64,000 nucleotides of DNA, taken from NCBI RefSeq assembly GCF_018977255.1, contig NW_024704743.1:81098001-81162000 (forward strand). The letters run 5' to 3'. The notes under the pieces are model-generated. The model saw nothing but the letters and a program-made list of their open reading frames with translations, did no database searches and was not told the origin of the DNA. Origin of the DNA: Callorhinchus milii (lineage: Eukaryota). Positions 36,640 to 47,720 of the stretch are shown here, piece after piece (the stretch's first letter is position 1; each line of letters opens with the position of its first letter). Position numbers and translations under genes: made by a program.

Positions 36640-37200
36640 ATTATTCCTCTTGAAGCGTTTGGGATGACGGTTGTCGCGCGAGTGAAGGCACCAAGAGACG
36701 AGCCGAAGAAAAACACAGAGAGACCTCTCTCCCACTCCCCCCCCACCCACCGCCCGCGCGCGGATCACTGAATTGTAATTATATTAAAATACTTATAGTT
36801 TATAAGGCCGCGGACTCTCAAACCCCTTATCGCTCTTCTTCCTGTTCATGTCGCCGCTCGCGCTTCACTGCGATCCGCTCCCCGCGCGCCCGCTGCTCAC
36901 CCCCGGCCGGTACAGAGGGGCGGGGGGAGGGGGGGAGAGCGGCGGTTGCCGGGGGCCGGTAGCCGGGGGCCGGGGGCCGAGCTCAGGCTCTCCTCACGCC
37001 GCCCTTTTCTCCCCCCCAACCGCCACCCGTGGCAGCCATGATGCTCGTGACCTCTGACCGCCTCGCGACGGTTCGCAGCGCGGCAACGTCACCGTTTCCG
37101 TGCCAACCGGCGGTCACGTGCCCCGCGCTCGCCAGCGCCGACGTGGGCGGCTTCACGCCCGATTGGGCGGCTTTTCGTTGGGCATCACTGAGGCTTCTTT
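36640..37200 (-). promoter_or_regulatory. TAF2 CpG island / promoter and 5' UTR
   Basis: Strong GC/CpG enrichment around exon 1; GGGCGG boxes near 37145 and 37165, ATTGG (CCAAT on minus) near 37162, GTCACGTG E-box near 37113; GC-rich sequence continues to about 37710. Confidence 0.8.
36797..36849 (-). CDS. TAF2: TAF2 coding exon 1 (MNRKKSDKGFESPRPYK-L)
   Basis: ATG at 36849; 53 nt; followed by the non-canonical donor ATAAGT. Confidence 0.93.
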
Positions 37201-37714
37201 TTTCTTAAAAAAAAAGGTCTTGGGGCCGGTCCCCAATTTAAAGCCGTGTGTAATTTAAACTTTCCTTTGAAGGGGCCTCATCTTGGTTTCGAAAGCTCTG
37301 ACCCAAATGAGCCACTTCCCCGTGGGAGGCAACGTATGATATTGGGCTACTGTTCAGCGGACTTTGGGCTACAAATGTGCTTTAATTTCTGGTAAACCCT
37401 TTTGGCCACTACCACAGCCTCTCACCTTTACACAGCACCTTTCACATCAGGGGCACGCGGACAAGCTACAGTCACGCCAGTGGGCACCCGAGTGCCGAGG
37501 GCGGAGCGCAAGCCTTGGGGCTGGGGAGGGGAGCGATGAGCCAAAGCGCAGCCGAAGAGGTACATCTCGAGCCGTGCGTCGAAAGAGGATTGGGGAGCGA
37601 GTCAGAGGGACTTCAAGGTGAAGTTCCTGCTTCCAAGGCTTAACGGCTAAAAGCCCACGTGCCACAACCGGCAAACACGGTGGGGGGGGGGGGGCCGCGC
37701 AGCAGGCCGGTGCT

Positions 37715-38020
37715 TAATAATAATGCTTGCATTTGATACAGCGCTTTTTCACGTCTTCTCGATGTCTCAAAGCGCTTCACAAAATAAGAGTAAAGTGAAT
37801 TGACTGTGTATTTGTGGGCGAATTGCGGCGGCCAATTGCGCACAGCAGCGTCCCACAAACAGTCATGGATTGAAATGACCAATGTATTGTGTTTTTTTCC
37901 TGAGGGATTATTATCAGGCGTATGGAGTAAGGAAACTTGCCCAAGGTTTCACCCTGCCGGGGATCGAACCCAGGTCTCTCGCTTGCAAAGGGAGTGCTCT
38001 AACCACTGAGCTACAGGAGT
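37715..38020 (-). mobile_element. Full-length tRNA-derived SINE, same family
   Basis: Head, core and tail match the other copies. Confidence 0.9.
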
Positions 38021-38519
38021 GCTTGCTAAGCAAAGGGACAGTAGAGTTGAAGGAGGTTGCCGAGGTAGGGTGGGATGACATTTCTTCCATCATATGGAAC
38101 AGCTTTATTCCTTTATTATCGACTTCAGATTACAAAACAATTTTCATTAAACATTAAACACTTTATTTGCTCGTCCTGCCTTTCCTTCCACGTTATCCTT
38201 GTGGAAAAACTGGGAATCAATCAGATCTCCAGCACAGCACCCTCCTGTGGACTGAATTAGCACTCTCCTACCTGAATGGGGAAGCATGTGGATGCCTTTG
38301 GGAGAAGCCTAAATGGAGTACAAGAGGTTTACCCACATCTGAGAATTGAGTCTCCGGAGATGAGCAGGTAAAGGAGCATTTCTCTTTAGGTCCCCTTGAG
38401 ATGCAGTTGATTTGTTCAATTGTGGTTGGTGATGACTGCTTCTTTTCCAACCCACTCGTGCCCACGACAATCTTCTTCTATCTTCTTTACATATATATAT
38501 TATATATATGTGTGTGTAT

Positions 38520-38876
38520 ATCAGATCCTATCTCTCACACCGGCTCCGCTTTGTCTCCACAAACGGTTTCTCCTCTGGACCCTGCACTGTCTCATGTGCC
38601 TCAGGGCTCTGAACTCGGTCCTGTCCTCTTCAACCTCTATATGCTCCCTCTTGGTGACATCATCTGCAGACATGGGATCAACTTCCATATGTATGCGTAT
38701 GACACCCACTACCTCTCTGTCTCCACCCTGGACTCCAGGACCACTGACATCCTGATAGACTGCCTGTCAGATATCAAGTCCTGGATGAAAGCCAACTTTC
38801 TACAGTTAAGCGTTAACAACATCGAGGCTCTCCGGATTGATTCACACAGCGCTTCCGCACCTCAGGCAGCATCAGC
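38520..38876 (+). mobile_element. L2 RT fragment
   Basis: [23 protein letters not shown] and HMYAYDT in ORF 38401..39060. Confidence 0.88.
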
Positions 38877-41090
38877 TTTTTTAAAAATATATATTTATTT
38901 ATTTATAAATATAATATTTAGTACAACAGAAATCCAAAACAAACAACATCTTCTGTTACAATTTTTCCCTTTCTCCCGATACAAAAAAGTATTCAGTTGT
39001 TTACGGTACTTTCCTTCACTGCACATAGGTTGTGCACGTCTTTTGGGACGCTCCCTTTAACAGTCAGGAGTCGCCCCTGTGTGCACCACATCCATGTGCC
39101 CACAGCACACCCCGATAAGGCGCACTGGGCACCATACGTGCACATGTTTACCGTACATACATTTTCGGGATGCTCTTTGGTTACATCTCAAGTGTCCTTC
39201 TGTACCCTATGTTTATTTCAGTCAGTTTTGGGTGCACTCATGGGCTACCCAGTGGGTGCGCCCTGAGCGGTTTGTCCCGGTGCGGCTCCTGCCGTAGTCA
39301 GGCTCCACCTGGCCTTTTCCACGATTAAGCCGAACTTCAGCTTGTCCCTCAGTATATAGTCCCTGATCCTAGCGTGCACGAGCCTGAGACAGGCCCTCAT
39401 CGTCCCCTCATTCTGCCAGAAGAACACCTGGTTTTGGGAGTGCCAAAGGGGCTCCTTTACTGAGTTCATGATTCTCCAGGCAAACTCGATATGCGTTTCG
39501 CTGTGAGTGCCCGGGAACAAGCCGTACAGCACCGAGTGCCATGACAGCGGGTCCCCAGGGACGAACCGCGAGAGAATCCATTCCATCTTTTTATGAACTG
39601 CCTTTGCGAAACAACACTCCAGGAAGAGGTGGTCCAGGGTCTCCTGGCCTCTGGAGCCGGCCCCAGGGCAGTGTGCTGACTGGCCCAGACCTCAACTGTG
39701 CATGAAAGCCCCGAGGGGGAGGCCCCTTTTATCGCCAGCCAGGCCATGTCCTGATGGTTGTTGGTCAGGGCCGGTGATGAGGGGTTTTGCCAGGCGTAGC
39801 TGGCTGTCATCACAGGGTACCTCCCGATCAGGTCTGTCCTCTCCCCCTTTCAAACTGTTTTGACTGCCTGCCGCACGCACCACTTGGTGATTGCACAGGG
39901 GTCTGGGATGGTGCTCTTCAGGAATTTCTCAACATAGGATTGGTGGTTCAGCACTCTTCAACTGTGTGGAACGTTTCAAGGCAGTTCTGCCAGACCCAAA
40001 AACAACAACAAAATTACATTTGTATAGCGCCTTTCAAGTTGGGAAGACGTCCCAAGACCCTTTCTTAGCACCGAGCACAGGTAGAAACCCAGTACATAGC
40101 GGTATTTGTTGCCGGCGTAGCGGGGCTCCAGGCACAACAACAACAACAACAACAAGATTCCATTTATAGAGCGCCTTTCACGTCAGGAGGACGTCCCAAG
40201 GCGCTGCACAGTAGGGTCATGACCCGAGCAGGGGGGAAATGGTCAGGGTGAGGGGAGGGAAGGGAGGGAGAGAGGAGGGGGGAAATGGTCAGGGTGAGGG
40301 GAGGGAAGGGAGGGAGCGAGGAGGAGGAAGAGAGTCGAGAGGGGAGCTGAAGGCTCGGTCAAAGAGAAAGGTTTTGAGACCGGCCTTGAAGGAGGAAAGG
40401 GAGGAAGCAAGGCGAAGGCACTGGGGGATGGAGTTCCAGAGCCTCGGGGCTGAGAGGCTGAAGGCCCGACCACCGATAGTAGGGCGGTTGGGGCGGGGGA
40501 CGTGGAGCAGACCGGAGCCAGAGGAACGGAGGGTACGGGCAGGTAGGTAGGGGGATAGTAGGTTGGAGAGGTAGGAGGGAGCAAGGCCGTGAATGGCCTT
40601 GTAGGTGAGGATGAGGATCTTGAAATCAAATCAAGCACAGCCTCAGGCAGCTACACACAAAGGTGGCCATGAGGATCAGGCGTTAGGGAGCACTTTCCCC
40701 CCATTTTCTGGGGTTTTGTGCATCGTGTCTCAGCGGACATGATCCATCTTGGACTCCCACTTCAGTTGGAAGACCTCTCTGGTGACTGCAGTGGCGTTGT
40801 TCCTGGTCAAAGGCCAGACCTATAATAATAAATAATCCTTGCATTTGATATAGCGCTTTTCACGTCTTCTCGATGTCTCAAAGCGCTTCACAGAATTGCT
40901 GTAAAGTGAATTGACCGGATATCTGTGGGCAACCTGGGCCAAGTACAGTAACACCGAGACGGCCTCACACTTTATCACCAGATTTTTCCTGGTGATGGAC
41001 AGCGAGCGCCACATCACCAGTTTCCTCCTCACCAAGACACTCCTCCTGACTTTTTTAACATGCCCCGACAACCCCAAACCAGAGGTCGAG
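38877..41090 (-). mobile_element. Tx1-like (L1 superfamily) LINE, 5'-truncated, with nested L2 and SINE pieces
   Basis: Frameshifted ORF2 C-terminus (WRSLSITRKNLVIKCEAVSVLLYLA; WQNPSSPALTNNHQDMAWLAIKG; SVLYGLFPGTH...WRIMNSVKEPLW), 3' UTR, AATAAA and A-tail at about 38877-38905. Confidence 0.8.
40134..40630 (-). mobile_element. Young L2 3' fragment nested in the Tx1-like element
   Basis: Close to the 52811 copy; internal tandem duplication of GGGGGGAAATGGTCAGGGTGAGGGGAGGGAAGGGAGGGAG. Confidence 0.88.
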
Positions 41091-41095
41091 GATTC

Positions 41096-41980
41096 GACTC
41101 CTGGACCACTGCCGTTCTGACAGAATGCTGTTAGACATCAAGTCCTGGATGAGAGCCAACTTTCTAGTTAAATGTCAGCAAGACCGAGGCTCTCGATTGG
41201 CTCGTGCTAGCGCCTCCGCACCTCAGGCATCGGCAGCATCAGCATCCATGGATACACACTCCATTTTACCAAGCCTGTCAGGAACCTGGGCGTCTTGTTC
41301 GACCCTCAACTTTCCTTTCTCCCCCACATCTGTGCCATGAGCTGCTCTGCCTTCCACCTCCGCAACTGCCTCACTCCTCAGGCCGCTGAAACCATGCATG
41401 CCTTCATTACAACCAGGCTCGACTATGCCAATGCCCTACTTGTCGGCCTTCCCAACTCTTCCCTCCACAAGCTGCAGATCATCCAGAACTCTGCAGCTCA
41501 TGTCCTCTTCCACACCAGGCTCCGTGACCCCATCACACCTACCCTTGCCCGGCTCCACTGGCTCCCCAACCCTCAGAGGATCGAGTTCAAAATTCTAGTC
41601 CTCACCTTCAAGGCCCTCCATGGCCTTGCTCCCTCCTACCGGCTAACTCCTTATCAACCTGTCTGCTCCCTCTGTACAGCATCTCAAGTCTGCTCTACGT
41701 ACCCCGCCTGGTCCGCCCTACCATTGGCAGGCAGACCTTCAGCCTCTCTGCCCCCACCCTCTGGAACTCCATCCCACATTCCCTTCACCTTGTTCCCTCC
41801 CTTGCCTCCTTCAAGACACACCTCAAGACCCTTCTCTTCGACTGTGCCTTTGCCACCCTCCTACCTTCCACCTACCTACCCTCTCTGCCCTCCCCCTCAA
41901 CTCGTGTCCTAATCCCTGACAGTTCAAAACCTTAGAACGTTCTCTCGACTTGAAAGGCGCTCTACAAATGTAATTTTGTA
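41096..41980 (+). mobile_element. L2 ORF2 3' part and tail
   Basis: HAFITTRLDYANALL and ITPTLARLHWLP...RIEFKIL in ORF 41295..41912. Confidence 0.92.
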
Positions 41981-42010
41981 TTGAATATGTGTGTATATAT
42001 ATATATTCCA

Positions 42011-42514
42011 TCTCTATCTCTTCTTTCATATACTAATAAAGAGGTAATGTCTGTCTGTCAGCCAAGAACTCAATAACCGATTGACAGAGGTATGATTTAT
42101 ACCTCATCAGAAAGATCTTGATTGGGGGGAGTGTCATGGCATATTGTGGGGGAGAATCACCTATCGTTGATGAGCTATGACCTAACAACAACAAGATTAC
42201 ATTTGTATAGCGCCTTTCATGTCGGGAGGACTTCCCAAGGCGCTGAAAACAAGCTCATCACACATGTATGCCAGTTTTGCTTAAGGTGTGCATACGGGGT
42301 TTATGGCATGTAACATGGTCTGTGTTTGAATGGTATCACTGAAAACGCCAGCTCTAAAAACGAGCATACAAAAATTATGGAGTTAGTGTCTGCAATCATT
42401 TTGGTTAACACACAGTGTTTATGGCATGTTAAATGGCTTGTGAGGGGTTTCACTGCAATTGCATTCCATACTGGATCATTTAGTTGCAAGCATAGCCGCA
42501 ATAGGTACAGCTAG
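42011..42514 (+). mobile_element. Non-autonomous Helitron-like element with an inserted L2-tail stub (about 42184-42245)
   Basis: TC...ATATACTAATAAA start, shared CTCAATAACCGATTGA...ATACCTCATC.GAAAGATCTTG block, 3' GGTACAGCTAG|T. Confidence 0.7.
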
Positions 42515-42878
42515 TATTATATATATATTTATGCAATTGTCTCCCCAGCTAGATTTTCTCAAGGCAAACTCTGAATCAGCCTGAAGATATAAGCCAACAA
42601 GTCATATTTCAAAGGCTGAAATTCTACAATGTTATATATGACACTGACGATGTGCAATTATAATGGGGAAATCCTGTCAGAACATCATCAACAGCACTAA
42701 CATTAAAAACACCCACAGGAATATCAGTCCTCTGAAGTATCGGGGAAAGTTTGCGACTCTCAAGAAGTACACCATCATTCAGGCTACCCAAGACAATAAC
42801 TTAGCATAGTTTTACATTCCAGTTGTCAAAAAATCGCTTTTCTTTTTAATACTTTTAAAGAGCTATGAATTTTCAACA

Positions 42879-42884
42879 TTTATT
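42879..42884 (-). terminator. Candidate DSCC1 polyadenylation signal AATAAA
   Basis: TTTATT on plus about 190 nt past the stop codon; no transcript evidence. Confidence 0.5.
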
Positions 42885-43069
42885 TAGCCTGTTTATCACT
42901 TGGAATATTAAACACAAATACACACACACATATATATATCATATATATACACACACATACAATGCTGGTTTTCCGGGGACTCAAAAAGTAGGTGGTAAGA
43001 ACAGAAGCTCATTGAACTTTTTTGATTTCCATTTTTCTGTTAGGTTTCAAATAACTTGGGATTACACCA

Positions 43070-43175
43070 TCAGAATGGCCTTCTGGAATTAAAGACTTTC
43101 ACTCCATTCTGCATGGAAGAACGGGCATATTTTGTCAGTAGAGCTCCAATGGTCTGTTTCTCTCCACATAAATCC
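43070..43175 (-). CDS. DSCC1: DSCC1 exon 9, terminal (DLCGEKQTIGALLTKYARSSMQNGVKVFNSRRPF*)
   Basis: 106 nt; AG acceptor; TGA at 43072-43070. Confidence 0.96.
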
Positions 43176-44172
43176 CTGTTAAAACACACAAGAAATTTAA
43201 CCATAAAAAAATTACTTAAATGGTTGCAATTCAGCAATCTTCACACTCCAATTTTTATATAAAGCTTTTTTTTAAAATTCATATAGTTAAGCACCGGAGG
43301 AGATTCAACACAAACAGTTGAACAAGAGAAATGTCGGATCCTTGATGTCAATACAGAGTTCCATTTGGAAATACTGCTGTAACTGACGCCAGCAAAGTAG
43401 CTTCCAATGTAAGTGGACCCCCAGATTCTCTACAGGAAAGTGGGGAAAGGGCCAGGCGGGAAGGGAGAGAAGAGGGGCAGAGAGATGCGCGATAATTAGT
43501 ATTACTCCATCAGAAGTATCTCTCACATGACAGAAATACTGCAAGTGATCTTTTTGAGAAACCAGTTCCTGCTGAGTTGAACAGTGCAGTCAATTCACTT
43601 TATCGTATATTCGATGAAGCACTTTGAGAGTCCTCGAAGACGTGATAAGGTGCTATATCAAATGCAAGGATTATTATTAAATGCCATCCTTCAGACAAGA
43701 CGTTAAACAAACATCCTGTTCGCTTGTTTAAGTAGACGTGAATGATCCCATGAAGCTATTCGTAAGGAGAAAGGAGTTTTCCCCCTGTATCCTGGAGAAC
43801 AATCCTCCAGATAAATTTGAACATTAAACAAGGAAGGCTGTTTGTGGCACTTGCAAAATTGTTCCATGCAAAATTGCTGCCACATTTGTCTACAAAAAAC
43901 ATTCATTACACTTAACACTATGCACCATGAAGAGTTTTGAGACATTTCAACTTGTTAATGCTCTATAAAAATACAGGTTATTTCTGCCTCTTGCAACAGC
44001 CACTATTAACCTGAAGAGGGCACTTCTCATACCTTTTCATACTATGGAGAAAATCAGCAAACAAGAAATAATAAATTTAAGAGTCCCTGCAGTTTTCTTG
44101 AGGGGTGGGGGGAGGTCACCTTGGTGTCTGTCACATACCCATCAGCATACTTAAGAGTGTCCAAACCAAACA

Positions 44173-44495
44173 GTGGAGTCCTGTAGCTCAGTGGTTAGAG
44201 CACTCGCTTTGCAAGTGAGAGACCTGAGTTCAATTCCAGGCAGGGGAAACCTTGGGCAAGTTTCCTTACTCCACACAGAGCCTAATAATAATCCCTCCAA
44301 AACCAAAAACAATAATAAAATTGGTCATTTTCAATCTACGACTGTTTGTGGGACATTGCTGTGCGCAATTGGCTGCCGCGTTCGCCCACAAATATACAGT
44401 CAATTCACTTTACAGTGTGTACTGTGAAGCGCTTTGGGACATCCTCCCGACGTGAAAAGCGCTATATCAAATGCAAGTATTATTATTATTATTAT
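44173..44495 (+). mobile_element. Full-length tRNA-derived SINE, CTCCC-loop subfamily
   Basis: Nearly identical to the 49903 copy. Confidence 0.92.
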
Positions 44496-45072
44496 AAACA
44501 GAATTCCTTGCACAAAAAAAATCCTATGTTTGGAAAGGAACTCTGTGTGGTACCCTCAGGGTATGAAGTTACCAAGGGGAATGGTGACACAGACATGTTT
44601 CTGTTTGAGCTCATCCCCTTCCTAGTTATACTTCCTGGTGGTTCTACTTTCAGACCGACCCATAAACAACAAGCAATTCCTCTGTTGTGTTGTGGATTAT
44701 TTCTAGATTGGATTTTGAGGAGTCAGAAAGCAAGTGCAATATTTGTCAATCTACAACAGTTTAGATTCAATAGCCCCCTTATTTCAACCTTATACTTCCA
44801 CTCTCTTTACCACTCTGCCCAGTAACTTTCCCCAAATTCTTTTATGCTTCCTTCTTGCTTCTCATTGTCAATGTCTAATTGACAATTTAGCCTTAAAGCA
44901 ATATGCAACATCAAGCTGGATTTTTCAAGACTCACTGAAGTCTTTGCTTTGAGGTTTCTCCTCATTTAATATATTTATCAATAATTTGTGAACTGGTAAA
45001 TGCATTCCTCTTAAAATGACAACTGAAACTTACCATTGCATTTTAAGCACTTATAACTTTTGTATATTGTAT

Positions 45073-46062
45073 AATCGGGTTTCCGTGCTGCCCGCAGCAA
45101 GGAAACTGCTCTGGTCAAGGTCACAAACGACATCCTGACCATGTGTGACCAGGGCTCCCTCTGCTTTCCCGTCCTCGCCACCGTCTTTGATACCGTGGAC
45201 CACTTAATCCTCCTCCACCGCTTGTCCTCCCACCTCAACCTTTAAGGTTCTGTCCTGGACTGGTTCAGGTCCTACCTTTCACACTGCCTCCACTTCGTCG
45301 CGGCAAACGGCCTTTCCTCCAGCCGCCGCACTGTCTCGTGTATTGTTCCTCAGGGCTCTGACCTCGGTCCCCTCCTCTTCACCCTCTACATGCTCCCCCT
45401 TGGTGACATCATCCGCAGACATGGGGTAAATTTCCACATGTAAGTGGATGACACCCAACTCTATCTCTCTGCCTCCACCCTGAACTCCAGGACTACTGGC
45501 GTCCTGACCGACTGCCTGTCTGACATCAAGTCCTGGACGAGGGCCAACTTTCTCCAACTCAATGTCAGCAAGACTGAGGCCCTCCTGATTGGCTCACGCC
45601 AGCGCCTCTGCACAACAACAACAACAACAAGATTCCATTTATAAAGCGCCTTTCACGTCAGGAGGACGTCCCTCGGGCACCTCGGGCACTGGCAGCATCA
45701 GCCTCCATGCCTGTACACTCAACCTCACTAAGCCAGTCAGGAACCTGGGTATCTTGTTTGACCCTGAACTGTCCTTTCTCCCCCACATCCGTGCCATGAC
45801 CGGCACTGCCTACCACCACCTCTGCAACATTGCCAGATTCCGCCACTACCTCCCTTCACCTCTCTTCCTCCCTTGCCTCCTTCAAGGCCGGTCTCAAGAC
45901 CCTTCTCTTCGACTGTGCCTTTGGCATCCCTCCCACCTCTCCACCTTCCCTCACCCCTACACCACCCCTCCCCCATGCTCGGGCCCCGACACCTGACTAT
46001 TCAGCGCTTTGGGACATCCTCCTGGAATGAAAGGCGCTCTATAAATGTAATTTTGTTGTTGT
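45073..46062 (+). mobile_element. L2 RT fragment to tail, internal deletion, with a 60 bp inverted L2-tail stub at about 45613-45672
   Basis: [21 protein letters not shown] and DDTQLYLS motifs; (TTG)n tail. Confidence 0.9.
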
Positions 46063-46365
46063 TGTGTGTGCCTGTGTCTCAGACATACAGACACACTCAG
46101 CTGGGCTGACAAACACACACACACACACACACACACAAACAAACACACAGACAGAGCTGCTGCAGACACACAAACACACTCAGCTAGGCTGACACACAAA
46201 CACACGCATACACACACACATGCTCTGACCCGGGCTGACACACAGACAGAAAGTGACCTGCCCTGAAATACTGAGAGAGAGTGTCTGTGCGTGTGTCAGC
46301 CCGGCTCATTGTATGTGTGTTTGTGTGTTAGCCTAGCTCAGTGTCTGTGTGTGTATGTGTCTGTA
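46063..46365. repeat. CA/TG-rich minisatellite with internal inversion
   Basis: CAGCT(A/G)GGCTGACACAC units on the left and their reverse complements on the right. Confidence 0.75.
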
Positions 46366-46367
46366 AG

Positions 46368-46531
46368 TTCCGCCTCAAAACCCTCCTCTTCGACCATGCC
46401 AGTGGTCACCCCCCTTCCCCTCCCCTCTCTCCCCATGACCCCAGCTCGGGTCTGAAACGCTGTACACTGTCCAGCACCTTGGGACGTCCTCCCGACGTGA
46501 AAGGCGCTATACAAATGTAATGTTGTTGTTG
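46368..46531 (+). mobile_element. L2 3' end
   Basis: GGGACGTCCTCCCGACGTGAAAGGCGCT tail plus (TGT)n. Confidence 0.85.
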
Positions 46532-46779
46532 TATCATTCCACTTGTGCAGAAACCAAGACATTCTGCCACTTCGCAGGAAGTGCCCTCGGGTGGTTCAGT
46601 CTACAAGCCCAAGCTTCCAAAACAAGTGACACAAGTCCCTTGCTCTGTATAGAGAAGCGGGTGGATAACAAAAAGGTTGAATGTCCACCACTTGTTAAGC
46701 CACGTAATATGTGGTAGCTCCAGACACAGATGCCAGCTTTACACTAGAGCCCCTGGGAATGATCTGAGAAAATACTCAC

Positions 46780-46928
46780 TGAATGTATGGAGAAATGTCT
46801 TCCTCTGTCCACTTTGTCCTGATGTTAAAGAGGGTGTTGAAACGCTCTTGGGTGTTCTCTGACAGATCCTCCACCTTAAGAGGAGAAATCACTTGTGGCC
46901 TTGAATTTCTATCCACAAGAGCTGCGCC
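46780..46928 (-). CDS. DSCC1: DSCC1 exon 8 (GAALVDRNSRPQVISPLKVEDLSENTQERFNTLF...DISPYI)
   Basis: 149 nt; AG/GTGAGT. Confidence 0.96.
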
Positions 46929-47565
46929 CTGCACAATGGAGTAACTCATTAGAAAAGCACACAAATCCCAAACCAGCACATGGCAATCCATTTCCTAACT
47001 TGAGCAAGCAGTTAGATTGCTAAATGGATACTAAATGTGTCCACCTTAGCAGAGGATTTGTGAAGCTTCCATGCTCTGGTTGGAGTAATAATAATGTTCT
47101 TCGTGCAGTTGTCCATTCTGCAAATGTGACTGCACTTGGTTTCTCCTTTGGTGAAACAAATCTCTCTCATAGAAAGAAAATGGCTGCAAAAAAAGGCATT
47201 TTTGACCAAGGTACACCTGGTGTTCAGACAGGTTCAGGTGCAGTTGCACCTATCTAGCAAGGGAGGAGGAAGAGGGAAAACTGCTGATAGTGAGGAGAAA
47301 AAGCCAGGGTTTCATCTGATTGCTAACCCAGGGAGTGCTGAGGCTGTCCTGACTGAAGTGAACTAAATCAGTGCAGCCCAGAAATTGAACCTAGGATTCT
47401 TTCTCGTATGTGTGGTTCAGTACCAAACTATCAGAGCAAGAGGATTTTAAGACAAAACAAAATAGAATATGTAGGAGGGTGGGGTAAAAGTCAGACAGTA
47501 GGAATCCAGTGCCAATATAAAAGACCGACAATAAAATAAACAGAACTGCAAGTAACATTTTGTAC

Positions 47566-47720
47566 CTTGAGCTGATCTAGTCTTGTTGACATGCCCTCAG
47601 GGACGCTCTGCTGCCAGAGCTCCTGAAACTCAGACAGATTGAATTTAACAGCATTCTGTAACAGCATCAGTGCGGTTGCCTTGCAGACCTCATCCTCATT
47701 CAGATCATAAAAAACCTCTT
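47566..47720 (-). CDS. DSCC1: DSCC1 exon 7 (EVFYDLNEDEVCKATALMLLQNAVKFNLSEFQELWQQSVPEGMSTRLDQLK)
   Basis: 155 nt, or 158 nt with the upstream CAG of a CAGCAG acceptor; donor GTACAA. Confidence 0.93.

Larger units (their letters stand above)
31712..36796 (-). other. TAF2: TAF2 intron 1 with AT-AC termini and U2-like signals
   Basis: CT|ATAAGT ... CCTCAT-ttactttcttttttattgtctcttt-AC|A restores the conserved YKLTHQ; using the nearby GT would add an in-frame TAA. Confidence 0.88.
806..36849 (-). other. TAF2: TAF2 gene span, coding exons 1-22 (TFIID subunit 2); remaining 3' exons lie beyond the window start
   Basis: 22 exons splice in consistent phase into 2848 nt (949 codons + 1 nt), from [27 protein letters not shown] to LVDQLWKLMNSG, near-identical to vertebrate TAF2. 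Confidence 0.98.

Noticed and set aside
44346..44825. Recurrent ORFs starting MWDIAVRNWLPRSPTN
   Set aside because: Translations of the SINE core in multiple copies, not a protein family
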